From: Myxococcales bacterium
Lineage (GTDB): Bacteria; Myxococcota_A; UBA9160; UBA4427
DNA length: 64,000 nt
Direction: 5' to 3'
NCBI GenBank assembly: GCA_014240165.1
Contig: JAAZXM010000006.1
Location: 54,708 to 118,707 of the forward strand
Position numbers and translations under genes: made by a program. This document shows positions 49,350 to 57,762 of this stretch, in pieces. Under the pieces are notes generated by a model. That model ran no database searches. It was not told the DNA's origin and worked only from the letters and a program-made list of their open reading frames with translations. How positions within the stretch are numbered: the first letter of the stretch is position 1; each line of letters starts with the position of its first letter.

Positions 49350-49741
49350 GCAGTCGGTCTTCTTCCTGTACGGGTTGGACAAAGGCTAGCGGGAAACCCA
49401 CTCCTATTGTCACGACCGTTATACCCATTTTCTTGAGCGCTGAATGCAATTTCGGTGCTTTCCGGATGACTTAGGAGAAGTCTGCCCGCTCTGCTGCCAA
49501 ATACCGCTCAAGCCTTGCTCAAGTCCGAGAGAATTCCGTTGGGACTGCGAGAAATTCAGGTCTGCGAGAAGTCTCCGCTGCTTCAGGCGCAGAGACGGCC
49601 CGAGGGCCAAGCAGAAAAACGCTGGGAAAAAACCCGAGGCGAGCAAGACAGGGGCCCCTGGGGTCGTCTGGACACATCGCTGCCCGCGCTGCCCCGGGGA
49701 GGCCAGGCCCAGTGAGAGAGCGCTCTGGGCGCTGGGCGCGA

Positions 49742-50023
49742 TCAGTCCTGGCGGCCGAAAAAGCTGCGGAACGGCTCGTGCGAACCGACCCAATAGGCGG
49801 GGCGAAGCACGAGAAAATCGAAAATAACGCCCACCGGGTGCAACAGGTAACCCGCCACCCTCACCGGTTGGCCCGCATTCGCGGGTTCGTATTCCTCGGC
49901 GGCGGCGGGCGAGGCCGAGAGCAGGAAGCCCAGCATCAGCACGGCGAGCCACGCCCTGCCCCGGGTGGGACGGCTGGCGACCCGATCAGGACATCTCTCC
50001 GCAGTCTGCTTTGAAACGATCAT
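49742..50023 (-). CDS. Small exported hypothetical protein (93 aa)
   Basis: GAGGAAAG Shine-Dalgarno sequence before the ATG. Hydrophobic signal-like segment WLAVLMLGFLLSASPAAA. GC-rich third positions. Confidence 0.5.
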   Translation of the reverse strand: MIVSKQTAERCPDRVASRPTRGRAWLAVLMLGFLLSASPAAAEEYEPANAGQPVRVAGYLLHPVGVIFDFLVLRPAYWVGSHEPFRSFFGRQD

Positions 50024-50124
50024 CTGTGCTTTCCTCGGGTCCGAGGTTGCTTGGCTTGACCGCCCGGGTCTTCAGGCGCGGCGAAAAATAGCCCTTCCTC
50101 CGCCTGGACGCTCGCGAACTGGGC

Positions 50125-51570
50125 TCAGCGCCGCCAGAACCCAGGGCTCAGCAGCACAAGGACCGTGAAAATTTCAAGTCGCCCAGCGATCATGCAGAAA
50201 GCGAGGCCGATCTTGATGGGCGCCGGAAAATGGGCGAAGTGGTCGAAAGCCCCGATCTCTCCGAGCCCAGGCCCCACGTTCCCCACGGATGTCACTCCCC
50301 CTGACAATGCGGTGGGCAGATCGTAGCCGTAGGCCGCTATGCCGAGGGTCATGGCGGCGATCAGGGCAATGTAAACCGCCAGGAAAACCCAAATACCCGC
50401 CAGGACATCGTCCGGCACCGGCTTACCCGCGTGCTGCACAGGCGAACGTACGGCGTTTCGATGCCCAGCTGTTTTGAAATTCTGCCGCACCGCGTCCAGA
50501 ACCAGAACCATGCGCAAGCTCTTCACGCCGCCTGTCGTTGAACCCGCCATGCCTCCGAGAACCATGACGATCAACAGAACCACGTGGGTAAAGGCCGGCC
50601 AAAGCTCGAAATCGGCGGTGGCGTATCCGGTCCCGGTACCCAGGGAAACCACGGTGAAGACGATCTGCCGAAAAAGCGGCGGAGAGCCGTCATCGGTGGG
50701 CTGATTGAAGAGCCAAAGCGTGATGGCTCCGATGGCCAACGCCGTCACCGAGAGGAAATACCGCAGTTCCCGATCTTGTATCACGGCCCGGAAACGCCCG
50801 ATCAGGATCCGATAATGAAGCAGGAAATTCACGCCAGCGATCAGCATGAAGACGATCACAATCCACTCGACCGCAGCCGACTCGAAGCCGCCCACCGAGG
50901 CTGAACGGGTAGAGAACCCGCCCGTACTCATTGTCGTCAGGGAGTGGCAGAGCGCATCGAATACCCCCAATCCGGCCGTCCAGAGGAGAACCCCCTCGAT
51001 CACGGTCAGCCCGACGTAGATGAACCAGAGTCGCCGCGCGGTTTCCGCAACCCGCGGCCGGATCTTCTCCGTCACGGGACCAGGCACCTCGGCCTTGAAG
51101 AGTTGCATGCCGCCAATCCCAAGAATCGGCATCAGGGCGATGGTGAACACCACGATTCCCATGCCGCCGATCCACTGGGTCAGCGCGCGCCAAAGCAGGA
51201 GCGAGCGCGGCATCGACTCAATTTGGGTCATGACCGTCGAGCCCGTCGTGGTAAAGCCCGCAACGGATTCAAAGAGGGCGTCCACCGGCGTCAGCGCCCC
51301 CGTCGTCACGTAGGGGAGAGCGCCGAACAACGACGCCAGCAGCCAGGCCCCGGTCACGATGGAGAAACCGTCCCGGGGACGAATACGCATGCTCTCGGGG
51401 CGAATACCCAAGGCCGCGGGCAGCCCGAGGAGCAAAGCGATCACCCCGGCCGCCAGAAACGGCATCACTGGCTCGGAAAAGTAGAGCGCCGCCACGATCG
51501 GGACAGCCTGGGTCAGCCCCAGGATGACCAGAAGCCAGCCGGCCAACTGAGCCCAGAGCAGAATATTCAC
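50125..51570 (-). CDS. trkH: Trk-type potassium uptake protein TrkH
   Basis: Polytopic protein with repeated selectivity-filter-like GFTTTG, MSTGGF and LGTGTG segments. GTG start. Confidence 0.9.
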   Translation of the reverse strand: MNILLWAQLAGWLLVILGLTQAVPIVAALYFSEPVMPFLAAGVIALLLGLPAALGIRPESMRIRPRDGFSIVTGAWLLASLFGALPYVTTGALTPVDALFESVAGFTTTGSTVMTQIESMPRSLLLWRALTQWIGGMGIVVFTIALMPILGIGGMQLFKAEVPGPVTEKIRPRVAETARRLWFIYVGLTVIEGVLLWTAGLGVFDALCHSLTTMSTGGFSTRSASVGGFESAAVEWIVIVFMLIAGVNFLLHYRILIGRFRAVIQDRELRYFLSVTALAIGAITLWLFNQPTDDGSPPLFRQIVFTVVSLGTGTGYATADFELWPAFTHVVLLIVMVLGGMAGSTTGGVKSLRMVLVLDAVRQNFKTAGHRNAVRSPVQHAGKPVPDDVLAGIWVFLAVYIALIAAMTLGIAAYGYDLPTALSGGVTSVGNVGPGLGEIGAFDHFAHFPAPIKIGLAFCMIAGRLEIFTVLVLLSPGFWRR

Positions 51571-51809
51571 GGCCTCGGAGCCCCCCTGGCCCGGGATAAA
51601 TCAGCCCGGGCGCCGGCTAGCCTACAGCAGAGCGCCGCGTCCCGCGGGTATGCGTGATGGAGATCCGAGCGAGTTGAAATAAAGTCGTTCTCGAAAATTA
51701 CCCCCATTTTTGGATCCTCCACATCCACAATTCTCTAATACAGAGATCCAATTCGGCACTTTTTGAATACAAGGTCGACTTAGAGGTCAATTTAGAGTAC
51801 AAAGTGACC

Positions 51810-51821
51810 GTCTTTAAAGAC
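51810..51821. promoter_or_regulatory. Perfect 12-bp palindrome GTCTTTAAAGAC within an AT-rich island upstream of ilvB
   Basis: Read directly. It is nested inside the 8-bp inverted repeat TGAATACA (51764-51771) / TGTATTCA (51823-51830). Confidence 0.35.
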
Positions 51822-51933
51822 ATGTATTCAACCTGGGCAAATATTTGAGAATAAAATTGCCCTTTTTGGGATTCGCTGGGAATTGCGATCGCAGCGGTGC
51901 CCTCAAGCCCAATTTTCTGTCCCGGAGGGACAT

Positions 51934-53649
51934 ATGGACTCCAAAGTCGCGACCGGCGCCGAGAGACTCATCGAATGCCTGGAAGCCGAGGGCGTGGAAT
52001 ACATCTTCGGATTGTCCGGAGGCGCGGCTATCCCGATCTTCGACGCGCTGGTTGATTCTTCCATCAAGCTGATCCTGACCCGCCATGAGCAGGGCGCCGC
52101 CCACATGGCGGACGGCTACGCCCGGGCGACCGGGCGTCCGGGGGTGGTGCTGGTGACCTCCGGCCCGGGGGCAACCAATACCGTAACCGGCCTTTTGACC
52201 GCCCATATGGACTCGGTTCCCATGGTGGTCATCACCGGCCAATGCGTGACCGACATGCTGGGCAAGGATGGCTTCCAGGAGGCGGACGTCACGAGCATCA
52301 CATACGCCGTGGTCAAGCACAGCTATCTGGTGCGGCGAAGCGGCGACATTCCGCGGATCACCCGCGAAGCCTTCCACCTGGCAGGGACTGGGCGGCCAGG
52401 GCCCGTGCTCGTCGACATTCCCAAGAATATCAGCCAGGGGCCGTGCCTGGCGCCCCTGACCAGCGAAATGGACTTGCCCGGCTACTCGATTCCCTCACAC
52501 GGATCTCCCGATAATCTGGACGAAGCAGCGGCTCTTCTCTCCAGCGCCCAGCGACCGGTCTTGCTGGTCGGCCATGGTGTCGTCATCTCGGAAGCCTCCA
52601 AGGCGGTCACCCAGCTCGCAGAGCGACTCGGAGCGCCCATGGTCTCAACGCTCCTGGGCAAGGGCGGGGCCGACGAAACCCATCCCTTGCACCTGGGAAT
52701 GCTCGGAATGCACGGAACCGCGTACGCCAACAAGGCGACGGATGCCGCGGATCTCATCATGTCCATCGGCTCGCGATGGGACGACCGAATCACGGGCAAG
52801 CTCGATGAGTTCTGCCTCGGGGCGAAGAAGATCCACGTGGATATCGACCCGGCGGAGTTCAACAAGATGGTGGTTCCGGAAGTTTGCATCGAGGGGGATG
52901 CCCGGCTCGTACTCGAAGCCCTCCTTCCCCTGGTCGACCCTCTGGATACCTCTGAATGGCTCGCCCGAGTCGAGGCATGGCGGAAGAAATACCCGCTCAA
53001 ATACCGCAAACAGGGCGGCCTGCGCGCCCAACACGTCCTGGACCGCCTCGATGCGCTCACCCAGGGGCGGGCGATCATCAGCACCGATGTGGGCCAGCAC
53101 CAGATGTGGGCTGCGCAATTCTGCAAGGTCACCGAGAGCAAGAATTGGCTCAGCAGCGGGGGCGCCGGCACCATGGGATTCGGCCTGCCCGCGGCCATCG
53201 GAGCGGCCTTCGCGCGCCCGGATCAGGATGTCTGGGCCGTGGTGGGAGACGGTGGCTTCCAGATGACCCAGGCGGAACTCGCGACGGCAGCGATCCACAA
53301 TCTCCGGGTGAAATGCCTGATCATCAACAACAACTACCTGGGCATGGTGCGCCAATGGCAGGAACTCTTCTTCGAGAACCGCCTCTCAGGGGTCGACCTC
53401 GAGGGCAACCCCGACTTCGTAAAACTCGCCCAGGCCTACGGAATCAAGGCTTTCCGCATCAAACGCCCAGGCGATGTCGACCGGATCCTGAGCCAGGCCG
53501 ACGCCTACGACGAGGGGCCGTGCGTTGTGGTGGCGGAAGTCGTGAAGGAGGACAACGTCTTCCCCTTCATTCCCGCCGGGGCGACCCTGAGCGACATGAT
53601 CATCGAGAAACCCACGGAAAAGCTCGCGAAGCCCACAGGCAGCACATGA
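51934..53649 (+). CDS. ilvB: Acetolactate synthase large subunit
   Basis: GAERLIECLEAEGVEYIFGLSGG and the TPP-binding GDGGFQM...NN motif. Start at ATG 51934 preceded by GGAGGGA. Confidence 0.9.
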   Translation: MDSKVATGAERLIECLEAEGVEYIFGLSGGAAIPIFDALVDSSIKLILTRHEQGAAHMADGYARATGRPGVVLVTSGPGATNTVTGLLTAHMDSVPMVVITGQCVTDMLGKDGFQEADVTSITYAVVKHSYLVRRSGDIPRITREAFHLAGTGRPGPVLVDIPKNISQGPCLAPLTSEMDLPGYSIPSHGSPDNLDEAAALLSSAQRPVLLVGHGVVISEASKAVTQLAERLGAPMVSTLLGKGGADETHPLHLGMLGMHGTAYANKATDAADLIMSIGSRWDDRITGKLDEFCLGAKKIHVDIDPAEFNKMVVPEVCIEGDARLVLEALLPLVDPLDTSEWLARVEAWRKKYPLKYRKQGGLRAQHVLDRLDALTQGRAIISTDVGQHQMWAAQFCKVTESKNWLSSGGAGTMGFGLPAAIGAAFARPDQDVWAVVGDGGFQMTQAELATAAIHNLRVKCLIINNNYLGMVRQWQELFFENRLSGVDLEGNPDFVKLAQAYGIKAFRIKRPGDVDRILSQADAYDEGPCVVVAEVVKEDNVFPFIPAGATLSDMIIEKPTEKLAKPTGST

Positions 53650-53737
53650 ACCGCCCCTCTCCTCCGGGGCCAACCCACCTTCCTCGACGCAAAGTCCTGG
53701 CCGCCGACCCGTGCGGCGAACCAGACGGAGAAAACAC

Positions 53738-54271
53738 ATGAGTGCTGTCGTCCATTCGCTTCCCGATGAGGCCCAGAGAACTTCCGACTTTCACCGCATC
53801 TCGCTCTTCGTCAAGAACGAGCCGGGCGTACTCGCTCGCGTTGCGATGGTGTTCTCCCGCCGCGGATACAACATCGAAAGCCTCGTGGTCAGTACCGCCG
53901 CCCGGGAAGGGTATTCGCGTATGACGATCACCAGTTCGGGCGATCCCGAAACCCTGGAGCAGATGATCAAGCAGTTGGCCAAGCTCGTGGACGTGGTCCA
54001 TGCCATTGATCACACGGGCGATGCCGCCTACGAAACCGAGATCGCCCTGATCAAGCTCCGGTGCAGCTCGGATGAGCGGCACGAGATCCTTCAGATCGTC
54101 GAGCATTTCGGCGCCAAGGTCGTTGACTTCGCCCGCGACAGCCTGATGATCCGCATCTATGGAAGCAGCGAGAAGCTCGACGCCATTCGCGACCTGCTCG
54201 GAAAATTCGAGATCGCCGAGATCGTACGCTCAGGAAAGATCCTGATGGCGCGCGGTCGCGCGACGACCTGA
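53738..54271 (+). CDS. ilvN: Acetolactate synthase small (regulatory) subunit
   Basis: ACT domain ISLFVKNEPGVLARVAMVFSRRGYNIESL. Start taken at ATG 53738. Confidence 0.9.
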   Translation: MSAVVHSLPDEAQRTSDFHRISLFVKNEPGVLARVAMVFSRRGYNIESLVVSTAAREGYSRMTITSSGDPETLEQMIKQLAKLVDVVHAIDHTGDAAYETEIALIKLRCSSDERHEILQIVEHFGAKVVDFARDSLMIRIYGSSEKLDAIRDLLGKFEIAEIVRSGKILMARGRATT

Positions 54272-54380
54272 TCGCCCCGGAGAACCGCGGCCCACCCGGA
54301 GAGCGAGACCCGGGGCTGAATCGGTCGCACTGCGAGCCGGCGCGGAACCCAAGCAAGGATTCCCCACCGGCTCTACGGGC

Positions 54381-54953
54381 TCATCCGCCGTCGCGCGGAA
54401 TATCCTTTCGCACACCGAAATCCGGCGGCAGGTTCAGGATCTCGTTCGGAAAGGCCTCCACGAGAAATTCAACCACGTCGCGAACCGAGATCACCGCCAC
54501 GGGGCAGCCTCGGACGTTCACCACGGGCACGTGTCGGAAACCGCCAACCGACATCATGTTGAGCACCCAAGCCACCCGTGCATCCGCTTGCAGGTGCTCG
54601 GGGTCGGCGCTCATGACTTCTTTGAGCGGGGTCTCCGCAGGATTTCGCCCGCGATTGATCACTCGGAGCAGGATATCCCGCTCGGTAAAGATGCCGAGCA
54701 GGGGCGAGCCCGCGCTCCCATCCTTGGTGATCAGAACCACCCCACTATGCTCGGACTGCATGGCCCGCATCGCCTCGCTCGTCGGCGCGAGTTCGGCAAA
54801 GATCAGCGGCGATCGCGTACTCAGAACTGTGACTGGTTCCTGGAGCAAATTGGTATCAAACGCGCGCGGGCGCCGAATTCGGTCATCATCAAAATAGGCT
54901 TCGTCGCTTCTCATTGATATCGAAGGATCCGTTCCTCGTGTTAATCCAGACAA
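54381..54953 (-). CDS. CBS-domain pair protein
   Basis: Two CBS-like units (GVVLITKDG...GIFTERDIL; FRHVPVVN...ISVRDVVEF). Alternative start at 54914. Confidence 0.75.
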   Translation of the reverse strand: MSGLTRGTDPSISMRSDEAYFDDDRIRRPRAFDTNLLQEPVTVLSTRSPLIFAELAPTSEAMRAMQSEHSGVVLITKDGSAGSPLLGIFTERDILLRVINRGRNPAETPLKEVMSADPEHLQADARVAWVLNMMSVGGFRHVPVVNVRGCPVAVISVRDVVEFLVEAFPNEILNLPPDFGVRKDIPRDGG

Positions 54954-55302
54954 ATTCCCCTCCTCGTCGCCTGTCCTCAGGGTTTGGGTGCCCTCGCGGC
55001 GAGCTCCCCCGGCTCGCGCGCCCCCCTCTCGGCTCGGCCTAGCGCGCGGAGAACCGGACCCGCCGGATTCGGCTGCAGATCGGTTTCCGCGCTGCTGGAA
55101 GAGGGGTGTTCCCTAGTGTCCTACGCATTGGGCCCGTTGCCAAGTAGAATTCACAGATGACAACGATCCCCCAAAGGGTCCGCCCTGGGCTCCGTCCGAG
55201 CCTCCCCGCTGGGGCCAAATTGCCGACCGGCTTCCTATACCGTCAGGAGCCCTCGATCCCCCATTTCGGCACCCGAGCGCCGTTCAGCACCGGAGTCCCC
55301 GC

Positions 55303-56790
55303 ATGACGGGCCTCGATATCGCGATTCTGGGGGCCTATGCGGCGATCCTGCTGGGCATCGCCGCCCGGGTCGCCCCGAGACAGAGCCAAGAAGCCGAGTT
55401 CAGCCTCGGGGGCCGAAATCTCCCCACATGGGCGGTCTTGTGCTCCATGACGGCCACCGAGCTCTCGGCCGCCACTTTCATTGGCGTACCTCACGCCGCC
55501 TACACGGGAGATTGGTCGTACCTCCAACTCGGGGTCGGCGCACTGCTCGCGAAGGGCGTACTCGCTCGATATGTCATCCCCCTCTACCGCCGTCTGGGCA
55601 TCGTCACGGTCTACGGATTCCTCGCCCAACGCTTCGGCGCGCTCCCCCAGCGAAGCGCAGCGCTCGCATTCCTCGGCGGACGCCTGCTCGCCTCGGGAGC
55701 GCGGCTCTTCATCGCGGGACTCGCGCTTTCCGCGGTCAGCGATATCCCCATTGAGTGGGCGGTGGCGGGAGCGGGTTGTATCGCAGGCCTCTACACCCTG
55801 GCGGGAGGCATCCGGGCAGTGGTCTGGACGGATACGCTGCAGGCGGTGCTGCTGATGGCCAGCGCCCTCGCCGTACTCGGCTTGCTGATCTTCGTCACGC
55901 CCCAAGGCCTCGACGGACTACTCGCCTGGGGGAGCGCGGGAGACCGCACCCGCATCCTGCATCTCGACCCGCTGCTTTCCCTCACCGATGGCCGCGCCCT
56001 GGGCACCGCCTTGATGGGTGCGTTCTTCCTGACCCTGGCCACCCACTCCACGGATCACGACATGGTGCAGCGCCTGCTCACCACCCGGAATGCCGAAGGG
56101 GGCAGTCGCGCTCTGCTCGGTTCCGCCCTCCTGAACTTCCCACTGACCCTGCTCTTCCTGCTCATCGGCACGGGCCTGGCCCATTTTTATGCGACGGCAC
56201 CGGGCTACAGCATCGATGACCCGGCGCAAATCCTGCCGCTCTTCGCCTTCCACGAACTGCCATCGGGCCTTCGGGGCCTGCTTTTCGCCGGGCTCTTCGC
56301 CGCCGCGATGTCCAGTTTGGATTCGGCCATTTGCGCCCTGGCCACCACGTACACCCACGACATTCGTCCCGCCGCGCCTGGGGCTCCGACCGATCCCCTA
56401 CGGCGCGTGCGCATCAGTTCCGCCGTCCTGACGGTCCTGCTCGTATTGGCCGCGATCGGCCTTGCGAAATACCACGCGATGCTCGCCGCCACGGGAAGTG
56501 ACCTCAGCCTGGTGGAGTTCGCGCTTTCATCCATGACCATCCTCTACGGTGGCTTGCTGGGCATCTTTGCCCTGGGGATCACGACGCGAAGGCGGGGAAG
56601 CCCCCAAAGTGTCGTCGCGGGACTCGGGGTCGGGGCCGGGATTGGGTTGATGCTCTTCATCCACCCCCTCCTGCTGGGAAAAACCCTCCTCGCATGGCCG
56701 TGGTGGATCCCGATTTCTGCCGCGACCACGTACGCGATCGCGGCGACGGGCCGAACCCCAGCGGTTTTCCCCGGCGCGAAAGCCGACTAG
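55303..56790 (+). CDS. Sodium:solute symporter family transporter
   Basis: About 13 TM helices. SSS N-terminal pattern FSLGGRNLPTWAVLCSMTATELSAATFIGVP. Confidence 0.85.
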   Translation: MTGLDIAILGAYAAILLGIAARVAPRQSQEAEFSLGGRNLPTWAVLCSMTATELSAATFIGVPHAAYTGDWSYLQLGVGALLAKGVLARYVIPLYRRLGIVTVYGFLAQRFGALPQRSAALAFLGGRLLASGARLFIAGLALSAVSDIPIEWAVAGAGCIAGLYTLAGGIRAVVWTDTLQAVLLMASALAVLGLLIFVTPQGLDGLLAWGSAGDRTRILHLDPLLSLTDGRALGTALMGAFFLTLATHSTDHDMVQRLLTTRNAEGGSRALLGSALLNFPLTLLFLLIGTGLAHFYATAPGYSIDDPAQILPLFAFHELPSGLRGLLFAGLFAAAMSSLDSAICALATTYTHDIRPAAPGAPTDPLRRVRISSAVLTVLLVLAAIGLAKYHAMLAATGSDLSLVEFALSSMTILYGGLLGIFALGITTRRRGSPQSVVAGLGVGAGIGLMLFIHPLLLGKTLLAWPWWIPISAATTYAIAATGRTPAVFPGAKAD

Positions 56791-56826
56791 TCTCCCGTTG
56801 AATTCCGCCCAGGGAGGGGCCGCGAA

Positions 56827-57762
56827 ATGAATCCGGGCAACCGGCGCGCGATCATTGCTGCACTGCTCGCCAACTCGGGCATCGCCGTGCTCAAATTCAT
56901 CGGCTGGTCGTTTACGGGCGCGGCCTCCCTGCTCGCCGAAGCCGTTCACTCGGTGGCCGATAGCTCAAACCAGGGGTTGCTGCTCTGGGGCAATGCGGCC
57001 GCCAAGCGCTCCCCGACACCGACCCACCCATTCGGCTACGGCCGGGAGCGCTATTTCTGGTCCTTCGTCGTGGCCCTGGTCATCTTCTCTCTCGGCGGCC
57101 TCTTTGCGCTCTACGAAGGCATCAATAAATTGATCCATCCCCATGAACTGACCGAACCCAAATGGGCGATCGGGATTCTCCTGCTGGGAATCATCTTCGA
57201 GGGCCTCTCCCTGCGCACCGCCATCCAGGAAGCGCGAAAAAGCAAGGCGCAGCAGAGTTGGTGGACCTATATCCGCCGCACGAAGAACCCCGAGTTGCCC
57301 GTCATCCTGCTCGAGGATCTCGGCGCCCTGCTCGGACTCATCCTCGCATTGATCGGCATCAGCCTCGCCGCCTGGACCGGCGAACCCCGCTTCGACGCCC
57401 TGGGGAGCGCGAGCATCGGCGTTTTGCTCGTGGCAATCGCGGCCATTCTTGCCGTGGAGATGAAGAGCCTGCTGATCGGAGAGGCCACCAATCCGGAGCA
57501 CCGAAGCGCAATCGAGTCCGCCACCTCGCGCCATCCGTCGGTCCGGCGCGTAATCCATCTACGAACCCAGCACATCGGACCCGACCGAATCCTGATCGGA
57601 ACCAAAGTCGAATTCGATCCGGACCTGAGCTTTGCCGCGCTCTCGGCCGTCATCAACGAGATCGAAGCCACGATCCAGGACGCCGTCCCCTTCGAGACCA
57701 TGATCTACATCGAACCCGGGGTCTATACAGCGAGTAAAGACCCTCAGTCCGGTAGCGCGTAG
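56827..57762 (+). CDS. Cation diffusion facilitator family transporter
   Basis: SLLAEAVHSVADSSNQ, HPFGYGRERYFWSF and a C-terminal cytoplasmic domain. Confidence 0.85.
   Translation: MNPGNRRAIIAALLANSGIAVLKFIGWSFTGAASLLAEAVHSVADSSNQGLLLWGNAAAKRSPTPTHPFGYGRERYFWSFVVALVIFSLGGLFALYEGINKLIHPHELTEPKWAIGILLLGIIFEGLSLRTAIQEARKSKAQQSWWTYIRRTKNPELPVILLEDLGALLGLILALIGISLAAWTGEPRFDALGSASIGVLLVAIAAILAVEMKSLLIGEATNPEHRSAIESATSRHPSVRRVIHLRTQHIGPDRILIGTKVEFDPDLSFAALSAVINEIEATIQDAVPFETMIYIEPGVYTASKDPQSGSA

Noticed and set aside
49350-49741. Whether the long rpoN-upstream region is RNase P RNA, tmRNA, SRP RNA or 6S RNA.
   Set aside because: None of the universally conserved strings I know is present on either strand: GAGGAAAGTCCGGGC for RNase P, the tRNA-like GGTTCGATTCC...CCA end for tmRNA, and GGTCCGGAAGGAAGCAGC for SRP. 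6S RNA cannot be excluded by eye, so the region is kept as an open finding.
51660-51933. Leader-peptide attenuation or T-box control of ilvBN.
   Set aside because: The only short ORFs (MRDGDPSELK, MEIRAS, MYSTWANI) lack Ile/Leu/Val runs. There is no T-box specifier or antiterminator pattern.
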